Of a DNA stretch of 64,000 bases, positions 12,294 through 26,416 are shown piece by piece; positions within the stretch are counted from its first letter, which is position 1; each line of letters begins with the position of its first letter. Both the position numbers and the translations under genes were made by a program. The notes below the pieces were generated by a model that saw nothing but the letters and a program-made list of their open reading frames with translations, ran no database searches and was not told the origin of the DNA. The stretch is from Lama guanicoe. Its lineage: Eukaryota. The DNA lies in the NCBI GenBank assembly GCA_013239625.1, contig MU053493.1:1745793-1809792 (forward strand), written 5' to 3'.

Positions 12294-12488
12294 CTGGGCT
12301 TGCTGAAGAGAAGCGAAGCGGTCCCAGCTGACAACGGAAGCCGCCCTGCCCTCCTGGGCCTGCCACGCGGCCGCCACCCAGGCCCGCAGGCTCTCAGCCG
12401 GGGCGCTGTGAATCTGCTGCAGCCTGGCCTCGACGGCTGGTGCCCTGCTCGCGAAGAAACCATCGGTGCACAGGTCCAGGGGGCCCGC
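12294..12488 (-). CDS. FAN1: FAN1 exon 12
   Basis: cacag|GCG...CAG|gtgaaa; [27 protein letters not shown]...[13 protein letters not shown]; 195 nt. Confidence 0.93.
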
Positions 12489-12918
12489 CTGTGCAAGGGA
12501 GAATGAGCTGTCACCCCGGGGCCTGGAGGGGCCTGTCCGGGGCAGTCAGAACACTCAAGACCCACCCGATTTAGAAACTGGCCAACCTGATTAAGTAGAC
12601 GCATTCTTTTCTCACGAGATATGTACAAATTGCAGAAGTCATCTAACACAAAAGCACTGATTATACTGGTTTTTCAGAGTAGTAGCCTGCAGAAAGAGCT
12701 TTTAGTTTACTTGGAAGTCCCAGCAGGGACACGTGAGATGGACGTGGGGGCGCCGGGCCCTGACAGATGAGCCCTGAAGGACTTACACTAGACATTTCAG
12801 ATGGGACGACTGCAGTGAAACAGGCTTGAAGTTTAAAACTTAACATACATTTAAAATTCTATGAATCAGACTTTAAAATTAAAAGCTACTCTTATGGGAA
12901 TTGGCACCACAATCTCTA

Positions 12919-13230
<312 letters not shown>

Positions 13231-14171
13231 TTAAACTCAAGTGCAAACAGTGTTTTCGTGCCGTCCCCAGCTCATTGCTTTTACATTATACGCTTATACG
13301 CAGAAGCCTTGTATAAGGGCACAGATCTTAGTAAGCATGGGAAAATTCAAATGCACGTTTCAGAGCCACAGAGCAGCAGTTCTCAAACTAGTGGAAAAAT
13401 CTAAGGAACGAGTTTAAAACTACATAAAAGGAGACTGTCCCTCTGGCTTTGGGGGTTCAACCCCAGACGGGTGGGGAGTCCCTTGAGGAGCTCTGATGCA
13501 GGGGCCCCTGGCCCCACTTGAAAAGGCTTCCGGGAAGGGGTACAACAGAGGAAGCCGAGCATCCGGGAGCCTGTGCCCTCTGACCGCCAGGTTGGTCCCT
13601 GTTCCCCTCATGCACCCAGCACTCCTCCACTTTGGACTGAACACCGCACCACGTTTCTACACCTCAGGGTTTTAGAGACCGTCCACGTCAGGGACAACCT
13701 CGTTCAGACCCCCTCCCCACACCGCATCCAAACCACATCAACCAGGTAGTGACCTCAGACAGGCCCGTCTCGGACCCCAGGACACCTGAATGTCATGGCA
13801 GGGTCAGGAGGGGACATGGCACAGCACGCAGACCTGCCACCCAGAGCCTGTCCTGCTCAGCCTTTCTCCCCGCCTGACCCCGCAGCCCCTAAGCAGGCTG
13901 GCGGGGCGCTCCTCTGGCTTCTGGACACAGGTCAGGTGCAGCACAGGACGAGGGAGCAGAGCGCAGGCACCAGTGCCGTGTCCCAGCACAGCTGAGACAG
14001 CCAGAGCCACAGGCAGGAGCCGCGTGCAGGGCCCAGTCCCCTGGGCTGTCCCCCAGCTGAGGCTGCACTGTGCTGTCACCCCTCCCACGTCCATTGGCTC
14101 CGCCCCACATCCTTGCTCCCCATCTCTGTGACTCAAAGGAACAGCGGGACCCACTCAGGCCTCGTCCCCTG

Positions 14172-14218
14172 CAGAGCCACTAGTCACAGGGACAGGGACG
14201 GTGTCCTCCCTCCAGGGA
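14172..14218 (+). repeat. 47-bp dispersed direct repeat, copy 2
   Basis: 43/47 identical to 12048-12094. Confidence 0.85.
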
Positions 14219-16330
14219 GGGAGGGCACTGGAATCCCAGGGGTGGCCTGACCAAGGTGACGCTGGGACAGGACCTGCCGTCTGCTTTCTGCCCAGGAGCA
14301 TGTCCAGTCAGGGACACTGGACGTGAGCATCCCCAGACCTAAGCAGTCTGGTGAGCGTCGTGCTGTGGGGTCGAATCATGTTGCAGGAGACCCTTCTGAG
14401 TAACGGAGAAACCAACTCCCCTGAGGGGCCTGAGGCCACCCCTCACCCACCCTCCCCCAGACCAAAGGCCGACAGCAGGGTCCCGCTGTGCCCGGGCAGA
14501 CACTGTAATAAAGAAACATACACCTTATATAAAAAATTCACATTCCGGAATCGTCTGCCCGCCTCTCGAGCTCAAGGCTAAACTGAAGCATTTCACTGTG
14601 CTCGGCTCCCAGCCCGTCTGCCACCTACCAAGGGGACAGGACACCAACTGCCCACGTGGGCCTGAGCCTTCACTCCCCGATTTTGTTTCTAACCTTCGGG
14701 GTCTGTGGCATCTATGTCTCCACTGGCGCTTGCATCTCCTCCCCCAGAGCATCTCCCTCCCGTGTAAGGGACAGAGGCATCCCGCAGATTCACCTGAACC
14801 TTTACTTGAACACTCAGCAGACAGACACCCGTCCTGCAGTGGCATTTTGTGATCCTCGCTTATCTGAGTGGGCACACTACACGCCAGTGAAATCATGTCC
14901 TGATTTTCATGTATGTGACAAGATCTGAGTGACCTTCAACCTAGAGACCCCTCAGCACAGACACAGGGAATCCTGTCTGGACGCAAGGACAGAATGGAGG
15001 GCCCCTCGGAAGTGACCATGGGAGCCAACGTCCGGGTTGGCTTCCAACATCTGGGGGACAGGGCAGTGCACAGGGGAGGCACTGGCATGGCTACTGGCTC
15101 CCTCCAGGTGCGGCTCTGGGACGGTGCCCCAGGTGGTGGGAGGGGAGCTGGAGGCTGCTCCCGCCACTAAGAGGGGACGCAGGGGACAAAGGCTCTGGGA
15201 GGAAGCAAGGACACAGGATTTGGGGTCCAAGCTCCTCACGGCTGGCATGCGAAGCCCCTCCTGGGCCAGGGACGTTGGTTAAGTTCTCTGAGGTTCCAAG
15301 CGTGTCTGACAGCTACGGCCGGTCTCTGACCACTTCACCTTTCCCCCAAGTAGCAGGGACCCCGAGTGCCTTCACTGGCCCTCCTCCCACTCCACAGCTG
15401 CTGACGAGAGGCTCCCAATTCTCGGAACCGGGCAGGATTAATCCTCACTCAGGCTCTACATGTTTCAGAAAATGGCCTTGGAATGAAGCCTACAGAGTCC
15501 AAAACAGAAAGGCTGCCAAGCAGCCCAGAAAGAGGGCTGGGGGCACCTGTCCGGTCCCTCTGCGTGTCTGCCCGACGCACAGAAAGATCTCACCAGTGGC
15601 TCAAGGAACCAAGTCCCCCTCAACCCCAGAGCTGCAGCCCTCACATGCACACACCTGCACACAGGCACACACGCTCCTCTCCTGGCAATAAAAAGAAACC
15701 AAAGGGCAACAGGCAGAGAGCAGCCTGGCTCAGTAGTAACAAGTGACATCTCTCTCAGGGGTTCACATCCAGCAGAGGAGCCACCGTTTACTATGAGGTC
15801 CCAGGTCCCAAAAGACCCGCCGAAAAGACAGGTGGAGCAGGAGGGGCAAGGGGGCCGCCACCCGGTTCTTGGGGAGAAAGTTGGAGACAGCTCCGACCCT
15901 GACTGATTCTCCTCCCACGCGTGGGATGGAGAGCTCACTCCACAAGGAACTCAAATCACTGGTCCTTCAACACCTGCCCTGCCCCGGTGCCACGTCACCC
16001 CGGGACCTGGTCCCCTTCCACAGGGAGCCGGGCCCGGCTCCCACCTTCTCTAACGGGCTGGGTTATCCAGCAGCATCTCGTCCTCCGCCCTTTCCTGCCC
16101 TCCCTCCTGGCATAACATGAGCTCCCTGAGAGCAAACCCGGCCTTGCTGGGTCCCGATATCCCTCCCAGGCATCAGGCTGGACAGCGGGCACAGGGAGGG
16201 AGGCGGGCAGCAGGGCTCTTTCCCACACCCTCCCAGGCCAGCAGCATCTCCCGCAGGGACAGGACAGGGCCTCGGCACCACCCCTGCAGACAACCACCAC
16301 ACGATGACCGGGCGACAGGGAGTGCCTTAC

Positions 16331-16478
16331 CCTGGTCGAAGCCGCAGCATCTGTAATGGGCCAGCGCCAGCTCCTCCACGGAGCACAGCACCGCAGCGGG
16401 GGCGGCCCCCCCGGCCTCCATCACGAAGATGGACTTGCCCATCCCGTGCTGCGGGCACAGCCGGCCTGTGATGGTCAC
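16331..16478 (-). CDS. FAN1: FAN1 exon 10
   Basis: ctag|GTG...CAGG|gtaagg; [24 protein letters not shown]...[18 protein letters not shown](G); 148 nt. Confidence 0.93.
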
Positions 16479-16957
16479 CTAGATGGTAGCCGGAGAACGT
16501 CCATCAGCCTCTCTTCAGCTTCAGCCCCTGCAAACCCCTCCCTGGTGTCCTGGGGACACACTGTCCTACGCCCCCCACACGGCCACCCATTCATAGCAGA
16601 GTGCAGGGCCATGTGACCCACATTCTGGTGCCTGTGAGGACGCAGGTAGGTCACTTGCCCGGCTCAGAGCTGCTCTCCAGGGTCCTGACCGAGCAGATGG
16701 GCCTGGCAAAGACCAGGAGCTACTGACTCAGAAGTTTAGAGTCACCACCCTGCTCCGGAGGGAACCACCCCCAGCCAGCCAGCCCCCCAGGCAGGAGATG
16801 CGGGTGTGAGAACAGGTCATCGTAGGTCCCCCTGCACGATAGGTGGGAGTGACTCCCACGTCTATGAGAAAGTGGGCACTCAAACCTGTACTTAGGCTGT
16901 TTCCACTCAGGAAAACCCTGCAAACGCATCTGAAGGGCCCGGAGAGCATCGACTTAC

Positions 16958-17122
16958 GTGCCTGACGTCCTCCACGGTCATCTCTGGAAGCTGACGGAGG
17001 AGGTGCCTGTACTTCTGGCAGCTCGGGGACTCCCGCAGTCGCGCAGCTCTCTGACATAGTGACAGACGGTGTCCCGTTCTCACGTCCGGGTCCGCCAGCC
17101 CTTCCGCGATGCACCTGATAGC
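16958..17122 (-). CDS. FAN1: FAN1 exon 9
   Basis: gccag|GCT...CAC|gtaagt; [35 protein letters not shown]...EDVRH; 165 nt. Confidence 0.93.
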
Positions 17123-17659
17123 CTGGCAGAGAGCACGGTCCCCATCAGACTCCCGTCATTTCATGTGACAGGAAACCCTGCCGTTAATTAACTGTTCATC
17201 TTGCTAATTAGCAATGGGTTGAGCCGCACTCCAGAGACGTCCCCGTGGGTCTCATGCTGGCACTTTTCATGCAGAGACAAGCACAGAGCCGACTGCAAAG
17301 GTCTGCAGCACAGGCGGCCGAGCTCCCAACACTGACTTCTGCTCATGCACGTGGATGTGGCTGACCCCAGCTGCCCCGCCCTCAGAACACAGGGGTAGTC
17401 TGGGATGCCTGGGCCAGGGAGATGGGGGAGAGACCCGGCAAGGGGTTCCCGGGGGCCACTTGGGGGCTCGGGATGCAGAGGGTGAGCGTCTGCAGGGCAC
17501 GGTCCAGGCTCCCACCACCGCCCAGTCCCAGGTGAGTCTCACGTGCAGGCAGGAACCACAGAGTTGTTCCAGACGCCTCACTTACAGAGAGAAGAATCTT
17601 AGGTTTGAAGGGGTTATGTGTTTTCTAAGGTTACTCAAAGTTGGACAAATAAACAAAAT

Positions 17660-18030
17660 ACTGAAAACTACAATGAGATACCACCTCACACAGCCTAGGA
17701 TGACTGCAGTCAGAAAAATGGGAAACAACACATGCTGGCAAGGGTCAGGGAGAAACTGGAACCCTCATGCACAGCTGGCAGCAACATAAAAATGGTTCAA
17801 ATATTGGGAAAGACACTTTGGCAGTTCCTCAAAAAGTGGAATCTCAGAAACGGAGGGCAGGGTTTTGACTGTGTGGGGGCGGGGAGGGCACCCCTAACCC
17901 CCGAGTTGTGCAGGGGTCACCTATATAACCAATGCCACTGAACTCTACGCCCAGAGATAGTTAAAATGGCAAGTTTGATTTGTTACATATACGCTTCCTA
18001 CAATAACAAAATGAAGAGTTAAAAAAACCT
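17660..18030 (+). mobile_element. Old L1 (L1M-type) 3' fragment
   Basis: aaactacaatgagataccacctcaca...gagaaactggaaccctcatgcac...ttggcagttcctcaaaaagt. Confidence 0.7.
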
Positions 18031-19205
18031 CTGAAAATCAGTAAGGATCAGGCCATCGGGAGTGGCGCGGTCAAGAGGACAGGGGCAGAGGGAACGACTC
18101 CCCTGCCGGCGGTGCTGTGAGCCCCGCGGGGGCCGGGCCAGCGCAGCGAGTGATGGCCCCAGGCAGCTGGATCCAGCAGGCCTGAGCCTCTGCTGGCGGG
18201 AGCCCTCCCTGGAGAGAAGGAAGGGAAGGGTAAGGAGATGACAAAGATGATGAGCGTGGCCAGGAAGGTCTTTGGGAAAAGGTTACAAGGAACTAGGATT
18301 TTCCATCAGTCTCAAAAATCCCCTCTGGGAGCGAACGCGCCTGTCAGCAGATCTGTGAACGAGGGGGACATCTATAAATTCTTCAGAACCTTGACTTCAA
18401 CGGAGGAAATGGACAGCATGAACACACCCTCTCTGCACGTGGGTGAGGGGCCCCCATGGGGCGGAGGCTCCACGCCTGCCTCCGGGAGAGAAAACAGCCC
18501 TCACTGGCTGGAGACCTCCAGGAAACAAGGCACCTTTCAGTTTAGGGCAGTGAAAAGAGCGTGTCACCTTCCACACCCATGGTCAGTTTTTCCGCCACTA
18601 CATCACCCTGATTCACTGAACGCGCCACTGAGAAAAACAAAGCTCCCAGAGACACAGTGCCCTCTGTGCAGCACCAACGCCAGGCTGGCAGGGAGCTGCT
18701 GGACCGTGGGTGGCTGCACAAAGAGCCCCTGTGGCCTCATTGCGGGGGCCCGCCTGGCTTGGCCCCCCAGATCCCTGCATGGAGAACCCCAGGCCAGGAG
18801 GGGAGTTTCCCAGTGGGAAAGAGCATCCTTCATCCACCTTTCCACCAGGAGGCCCTGAGCAATGAGGGAACAAGTCCACCACTTCCAAAGAGAAAGCGCC
18901 TTCCCTGGAAGTGCCTGCCTGGAGGCGGAGACGTCTGGGGCTCAGCTCCCTTAACTGCTAGAACCTTCACTCCCGAGTCCCCACCTGTCCGCCAACCATG
19001 GGGAGAGGAGACAGGAGCCTCCTGCCCCGCTGGAACGCTGGTGTTCACACCCTGCTGTGTCTTCTGGGGTTGGGAAGACATGGACAAAGCAGAATGTCTA
19101 AAAACCAACATTCTAATCACATTGAGGTTTTTAAGGTATTAACAGTTTGCTGTATTTTTTAAATTTATGCAAAACTGAGACAAGGCGGATCTCGCTGCTG
19201 AGTAC

Positions 19206-19325
19206 CGGCTCCGGGCGCTTCAGGTGCTGGTGTAAGTTGAGAGCCAGTCGGTCCCACCACCGGCCTCTGCTGTCGGGACAGTACACCCTCTGGGACAAGA
19301 GGTTTTCAAGCTCCTGGACGGCTTC
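19206..19325 (-). CDS. FAN1: FAN1 exon 8 (TPR region)
   Basis: aacag|GAA...CCG|gtact; [40 protein letters not shown]; 120 nt. Confidence 0.95.
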
Positions 19326-19868
19326 CTGTTGCAACAACAACAAAGGAAGCTCATTAGACTCCTGCACACCAAGAACTGTAATTACACAGAGTAGTCAGTA
19401 AAACCAGGGAAGCACATTTACGAAGCATTCCTTTCCATTTTAATGAGGCCATGGCCCAGGACGGACAGGCAGGGCCCTGGGAGGTCCCTCTACAGTGGCC
19501 CGAGCTCCCTGAGGTGCCCTGGGGTCTCCCAGGCCGCCTGGCACAGATGGAGACCTGTGAACACTGCAAAGCCGTCTCTGCAAAGCAGGTGAGCGGTGCA
19601 GGCCGCGCAGGGGCTGGTCCTGGGCAGGAGCCCACATGTTCCTGGGCACCCTGCCGGGCCCAGAGCCAACGCCTGGAGGAACCGGGGAGGGAGCAGGACA
19701 GTAATGGGGGGGTCTTCATCCAAACACGCCACCGTAACAGGGAGACCTTCCAGCCTGGCTCTGCACACAAACTGGTCACGCTTTACTGTCATCTTCTGTG
19801 GTTCAGAAAAATGCACAGACCCTCCTATACACACATGGAAGTTCACACAGTCCCCGAAGCCAATCTCA

Positions 19869-19916
19869 TGGGTCCCCTTGGGGGTTCAGGTCTGGGTCCC
19901 CTTGGGGGTTCAGGTC
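19869..19916 (+). repeat. 24-bp tandem duplication
   Basis: tgggtccccttgggggttcaggtc x2, perfect. Confidence 0.9.
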
Positions 19917-20084
19917 CTGGACCCCTCTGTCTATCTCCCCAGCCGTGCAGCAGGCGGGACAGCAGGTCCTCATTGCGCTGCAGCATGCTGACCGGACACG
20001 CAGGAAAGCGAGGGCCAGGCTGGCCCCTCCTCAGCTGGTCTCCAATCCATCAGGAACAGCCGGGGGCGTGGCCTGTGGGCTCAC

Positions 20085-20193
20085 CTGGTACCTGTGAAGT
20101 CTCTGCAGAATTTCCACAGTTCGGGACAAAATCCTGGTATAAACCCAGCCAACTGTGAAACATCGGAGAAAGAGCGGTAAACGCTCGTGGTAC
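20085..20193 (-). CDS. FAN1: FAN1 exon 7
   Basis: tttcag|G...CAG|gtgagc; [36 protein letters not shown]; 109 nt. Confidence 0.93.
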
Positions 20194-21528
20194 CTGAAAC
20201 AAAGGTGGACACCAGCAGTTCAGGGATTTGGTGTATGTGTCGTAAGACAATCGTGAGACATGACAGAGTGGACTGAATTCCTCCCTTTTAAGAAGACACA
20301 TTCAAAATGCTGCCTGTTGTGGACAATTTCCTCACCTCAAATCTCTGTTCTTACAGCCTCCTGCCACTTCTGCAGTCACCCAGACAGGGGCGGGAACCAA
20401 GAAGTCGGCAAACACCAGACCTCAGGCCAGACGCAGCCCTGCAACCTGATTTTATATGAACTAAAACAATTCCCACACTTCTAAATGGTTAAAATAGTCA
20501 AAAGGAGAAAAACAGTCTGTGGCATGTGAAAGCTACATGAAACTCACATCTCCGTGTCCAGGAATTCCCGTGCACTGGAACAGAGCCCCGCCCACTGGCT
20601 CGGGGAGGGAGGGGGGCTGGGGGCCACGGCTGCTTCCACATCAGGATGAGTGGACGGACAGACGGACAGCCAAGCTGACCCACAGGCCCTTCAAGGAAGG
20701 AGTCCACCAACCTCTGTCCTGTAGTAACCTAACTTCCTGGCTGTGGGTTCTTTTTTTTCTTCATGAGGAAAATCACCACTTGTTTCAACCACTTGTTTTG
20801 CCATTTGGTCTGAGAAACGTTAACAAATTTATCTAAAAGATCTTAAGAAAATCCCCCAATGTGCACGCAAGTCATGGGCAGTAAGTCTACCCTGGTTATC
20901 TCATTTCTAGAAAGGCCTTTAAGTAAATGGCTCAAGTTTGTCTGAATTACACCCAAGCAAAATATGGACAAAATATTCAGTTATTTTCTCTCACCAGTAA
21001 AGGCCATTTTCCTGGCTATGGCTTTTAAGTCCATATTCCTTCCATGCAGACTTTTGTCTTAAGTTTTTTTTGGAGATATTTAATACTACTCATTTTTCTC
21101 ATCACTATGTAACAAGAAAGGGAAAACTTTCTTACCCATACAGAATAAGTTGAACCTTTATTAAACCAAACATATGTGCTGTGTACTTGCACTTTTGCAG
21201 TAAACGTTCAATTCTGTTTCCTTTTTCAGAAGAACACCCGCTTGAATTTCCACTGGATGGACACACCCAGCACCCTCCCTGCTGCTGGGTCCCCCCGTGT
21301 AAATTCACTGACCGCTGGGAGGTACATAAAAGTCACTCCAGACCTTCAGACCCCCTGCCATCACACACGGCACCCGGGCTCCGTGGGAAGCAGGCAGCAA
21401 GTTCGACTCCACGTGCTGGTTGGACCACAGAACAAAAGGCACATGATCTTCCCTGAGAAAACTACCCAAAGTGGTCAGAACAGCTCAGTCAATCAGGAAA
21501 TTGGACATGGGTGTGAGAACAGCCTCAC

Positions 21529-21660
21529 CTCAGGGAAGGATGGTTCTTCAGTCGGTCCCAGTCCCGCTGTGCAACCTGGGAGAGCTCCCTGGCCTCCTCC
21601 CAGGCCCCGCGGGCCATGGCGGCGGCGATGTCACTCAGCGCGTGCACAGCTGTGGCATAC
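21529..21660 (-). CDS. FAN1: FAN1 exon 6
   Basis: ccgcag|G...AG|gtgagg; [43 protein letters not shown](R); 132 nt. Confidence 0.93.
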
Positions 21661-24189
21661 CTGCGGGAGAGCACGCGCCCCGTTTCCCATGTGGACCGGC
21701 ACGGACATGGAGAGTTCCACATCCTCCCCATCACATCCAATTCCGAAGGGTGAAAGTGTGCTTTGGGAGACGTGAGGGTCAAATTCTATCTGAGAAATCA
21801 TTTGAAGAATTCATCCAGGCCACTTGACCAGACAGAAAGACATTCACACATCCTATGACATAAGGAATGGAACACGGGCCAGCTCTTCCTTTCTGACTTC
21901 TGATACCCATTCCTTCATTCCTTCAACAGTTTGACAGCAAGAATGTCACCAGATGACTGACTTCAGAACTACACAAATGTAGATCTGGTGCTTTAATCAC
22001 TCAGTTAGAGGGAGCCAGAGGGATGCTGCCCAGGCTGAGGATTATGTGGGATTTTCAAAAATGACTTCAGGGACACTCCTGGGGAGACGGCAGTGCTGAA
22101 ATGTCATGAAACCACTTAACTGAAGAAAGACTGCTTCTCACTACATCGTTAGACGCCAAGAACAAAGACCTCTGCCCAGTGATTCGATCACACTTCAAGC
22201 ACACGGTCCTTGTGTTCTGGACTCACACTTAGAAGAAAAAGCACAGAACAAATACCACTAAATAAGAGGAAAACAAGCTGCCTCTACACGCGAAAACCTG
22301 CTCGTGGAGGCTTCGATCTAGGTCTCTCGCAACACGTGACTGAATGAATCTAAGGTGGATAAGAAGACAGAACCCCATAGGGAGAGGCTCCTGGAGGCCA
22401 GCCGGGCCCCCAGGAGCCCCCCCACCCAGCCCCCCCCACCGACGGCACCCGGCCTTGCAGCCCGAACCCAGCCCCCTGTCAGGAGCCCGTGGAGACCAGC
22501 GCCATCCCTGTCACGCCTCATCTTCCCGAGACCTCCGTCTCCAGCAGCACAGTCACCAACCCCCCCAACACTAACTGGAACCGCCAAGCCAGGAGCAGCG
22601 TCCCTTCCACACCCCGACCTCTGGCCCCTGTCCCCAGCCTTCTTTCAACCTGGCTGAGAACACAGCCCCCCTGCTGCCCGCTCAGTGGGGACGGCTCTTC
22701 TCACTCCAGGAGAGACAGATGGAGTCCTCCTTCCTTCCCATGGCTGCTTCCAGACCACCCTGCCCTCCCTGAAAGGCCCCGCCCCTCAGAAGCCCAAGCC
22801 TCCTCTGTGCAGGCTTCCGGTGGTCCCTGCCTTGCTCTCCATGATGACAGCATCTGCGAGGGTGAGAAGCAAGTGGTTCCCCCACCTCCTCACGGATGAC
22901 CACGTGCCTGGGCCATGCAGACCTTCTGTCCCCAATGGACTGCATCCCCCTCAAGACCCTGCCTTCAAGCATCTTGTCCACTGATCACCCCTGTCAGTAT
23001 GTCCAGCTTGCTCACTGCAGGCTGCAACTCCCCCTTCACTAGGACCCTGACCTGGGGGCCAGCCTCACCACGCCCACTGCCCCAACTACGAGCACCTCCC
23101 GGCCTGTGGGCCCACGGACCCCACCCAGGGCAAGCAGTCCCCGCTCCTCGGCGAACAAACACTAGCCATCAGTCCCACCCTGGACCCAGCTCCCTGAATC
23201 GTGCTGAAGCAGGAAGATGATGGGACAGGCTGACTACATACACTTGAACTCGAGACCAGATTCAAATGAGCACTTGCCGCCATACTTGGGACCAGCCCCG
23301 AGGGGCTGGGACCCAAACCTCCCAGGTTAAGTCAGCCTTCCTGCAGCATCTCCTGCTGCCCCCGCCCCTTAGTCCACAGGATGCCCTTGTAACATGTGCA
23401 ACAGACTACTCACCTGCACAAACCCCTCCAATGGCTCTCCACTCTCAAAGCATCACTCAGTCAGCTCACTAGGGCCCTGAGGCTGAGTGTCCCTGGCCCG
23501 CATTCCTGTCCACCTCCCCCTTCACTGTTGCCCCCAGGGCTCTCCCAATCCCTCCAGCTGGCAGCCGTGTCCTGCCCCCGGGCCTGCGCATGCACCCCCA
23601 CAGAGCCTGGACACGGGCACCTAGACTGCGGGACCAGCACCTCATTCTCAGGCCTCAGCCCAAATGTCGCCTCTCCAGGGACCCTCGGCCTCAACCTCCA
23701 CAGTAGAACTTCTCCAGCCTGCCCACGGTTACCAGATGATTCTGTATTTGCCAGCTCCCCAGTAAGACATACTCCCAGGGTGGCAAAGACCCTCTGTTCC
23801 TGCTGCAACTCCACCACCCAGGCAGGTACTCAACACTTAACCCCTGTGCACTGAACACATGAGAGAACAGAAGAGAAAGGACAAATGAATCAAGTACCCA
23901 GGCAGCCAGAAACATTTCTCGGGGCAGGTATCATGTCACGGGTGTTGGAGAACTACCCTTCCTGAAGGCAGTCAAACCCAGTTTCATTTACATGTTAAGG
24001 CCCTTTGCACAACAAAAGGAGTTTTAGGTATTTTTAATGTTCACAGGATGTATATACTTTCTAAAAAGAATGAGTGATGGTTGACTTTTCTCCCACTAGC
24101 CTCCCCCCTTTTGAACTTGTCAACCATGGTTCTGTCGGTCACAGAACTAAGAAGTCACCTCCGTAGACACACGGTAACGGTGACGACTG

Positions 24190-24350
24190 TAACACTGACT
24201 AAGATGTGCAACGCAGGCCCCCTGGGCCCGGCTCTCAGCGTGTGTCTGTGGGGCTATAATATTATTCCCTCCATTTTACAAACGAGGAAACTGGGGCACA
24301 GAGGGTTTCACGGTTCATTAGTACAGAGACTGGAACTTGGCTTCAGAGTT
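24190..24350 (-). mobile_element. MIR fragment
   Basis: MIR core ccattttacaaacgaggaaactggggcacagaggg. Confidence 0.6.
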
Positions 24351-25261
24351 CTAACAACAGAGAACAGCGTAAAGTCACTAAAAACAAGAAGGAAAAAGGA
24401 CATGAGACAACAGAAGACAGAGTGAAGAGGAAATAGTAGAAGATTTTATGAAAAAAGTTATTCCAATTGAACACAAATAAAGAAATTGAACTTCCTGAGA
24501 ACTAAGGCCAAATGGGCTAAAATCAGTGTATCCTGACCATGCTTTGATTCAGTAATTTCAATAACTTAACTTTTTAAAGCACACACTAGACAGCACTTAA
24601 ACAAGTTTCCTAAAATCAAATGTCAGAACCAATTTCAGTTGAATTTGAGTCATAAACCTTAAATCAAGAATCAAAGTGACATTTTAGGAAATTCAAATTT
24701 TTCTTATGAAAGATTTCTTTTAGGAAATCCAAGTATTTTTTTCCTGTAAAACCTATTCCGTTTTTTCCTTTTCTTTTTTCTTTTACCAAAACCGACTTTG
24801 GACAGTCAAACCAAACATTCGCTAAATCCATGCACCCGAAGAGATGAGCGACAATTTCCAGTATCGTGCGCAGGATTCCAGAACATACTACACAAGTTAA
24901 TAAACAGCTTTATTTGAAGTGTTATTACTAGAAAAACATGCACCTTCAGCTGTGTTCATACCAACAGCATACAGGGCAGGTTTGTTCAAATGTCTGTATT
25001 TAAAAAACGTTTCCTGCCAAAGCTATTTGGAAACGTAAACCGGGGAAAATTCTGTAGCTCTAACTCAAAACTTATTTGTTTTGGCAAACTTAAGCTAAGC
25101 ACATGTCTCCATTTTCCTTAGCGTCTTGGAAATGTATACAAGTGAGGCAGAAAAGCAACAAAAACCAAAAACTTCAAATGTTATTTTGGCTGTGAACTCA
25201 CGTTTCTATGGGAGATGGCAAAAAATAATAATAAAACCTTCTACATGAATTAACAATACAC

Positions 25262-25471
25262 ACCCTCTTCAACATTTATCATCTGTAGACTTTTTAATGA
25301 TGGCCATTCTAATTGGTGTCAGGGGATACCTCACTGAAGTTTTGATTTGCATTTTCTCTGATAATTAGCAATACTGAGCATTTTCTCATGTGCCTACTGG
25401 CTATTTGTATGTCTTCGTTGGAGAACTGCTTGTTTAGGTCTTCTGCCTGACTATACTTCGATTAAAAAAAA
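25262..25471. mobile_element. Short L1 insertion with inverted 5' segment
   Basis: Antisense L1 ORF2-end sequence fused to a sense L1 terminus tgactatacttcgattaaaaaaaa; flanked by aatacac(a). Confidence 0.6.
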
Positions 25472-25506
25472 TACACAAATCTTCTACTGAGCAAACAGGA
25501 TCTTAC

Positions 25507-25740
25507 CTGATAAGATCGTCTCGATCTTGGAAGATTCGGGTTTTCCGATTGATGGTGTACCTGGGAAACTCCACTCGGCCGAGACTGACCAGCAGCACCG
25601 TGGACAGCTCTCCCTGACCCCCACAGGCGGCGTCCTCGTCCTCCACTGCGTCAGTGGGTGAGAAAAGCAGCAGGACCCGGGAGAACACCGCCCGGGGGCC
25701 CTTGCAGACTCTCAGGGCCTGTCCCACCAGGTCTTTAGCT
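25507..25740 (-). CDS. FAN1: FAN1 exon 5
   Basis: ttttcag|A...AG|gtaaga; [27 protein letters not shown]...[17 protein letters not shown](R); 234 nt. Confidence 0.95.
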
Positions 25741-26198
25741 CTGAAAAACACACCATGTGGAAATAACTGTCTGGTTTCTAAGCATTTGGAGAGCAGCTTT
25801 TACAAAACATTTAAAGCTACATGGCATTCATTATAAGCCTGAAGGAAATCTACCACTCTGGCTGTGTGATGTTGAAGCATTTCTTGACCTCTCTGGGCTC
25901 AGAGCCCGACCAGGAACCCAGTGAGGAGTAAATGGAATTACATCTGCAAATGATCTCACACATTGTTGCCTCAATGAAAGAGCAGGACAAGGTTTAACCT
26001 GGTCCTGAATATATGAAATACCAGGGAAACACATAAAAGTGTTACCTATTTGACACTAGCAACGCTCAATTCTTGACTCGAGTGACAGCTTAGATTAAAT
26101 CATGTGTGTTTATTTAAAATGTCATTACAAAAGGCTCTCAGTAAGGCAGCACGTTAAATCCAGGGCCCTCTGGCTCTACACCTTGGCCACCACATAGA

Positions 26199-26416
26199 GC
26201 AGGGTCTCCAGGCAGAGGCACCATAATTCTATCCTGGGGGCAGGGATGGTGGGGGAGGTGCAGACCTCTCATGCACTGGATGCTCAGCTGCAGCCTGGCC
26301 TCCACTCACTAGATGTCATAGCACCCACTCCCCATCTTGGTCATGACAATAAAAATGCCTCCATGTGATGTCGGAGGTCCCCTGGAGGACAAAACCACAT
26401 CAGCTGAGAATGACTG
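26199..26416 (+). mobile_element. MER20-like hAT DNA transposon
   Basis: cctggcctccactcactagatgtcatagcaccc...tgacaataaaaatgcctcca...ctgagaatgactg. Confidence 0.7.

Noticed and set aside
13400..24000. Many 60-235 aa ORFs in GC-rich FAN1 introns
   Set aside because: Pro/Gly/Ser/Arg-biased, no recognisable domains or splice context; expected at this GC content.
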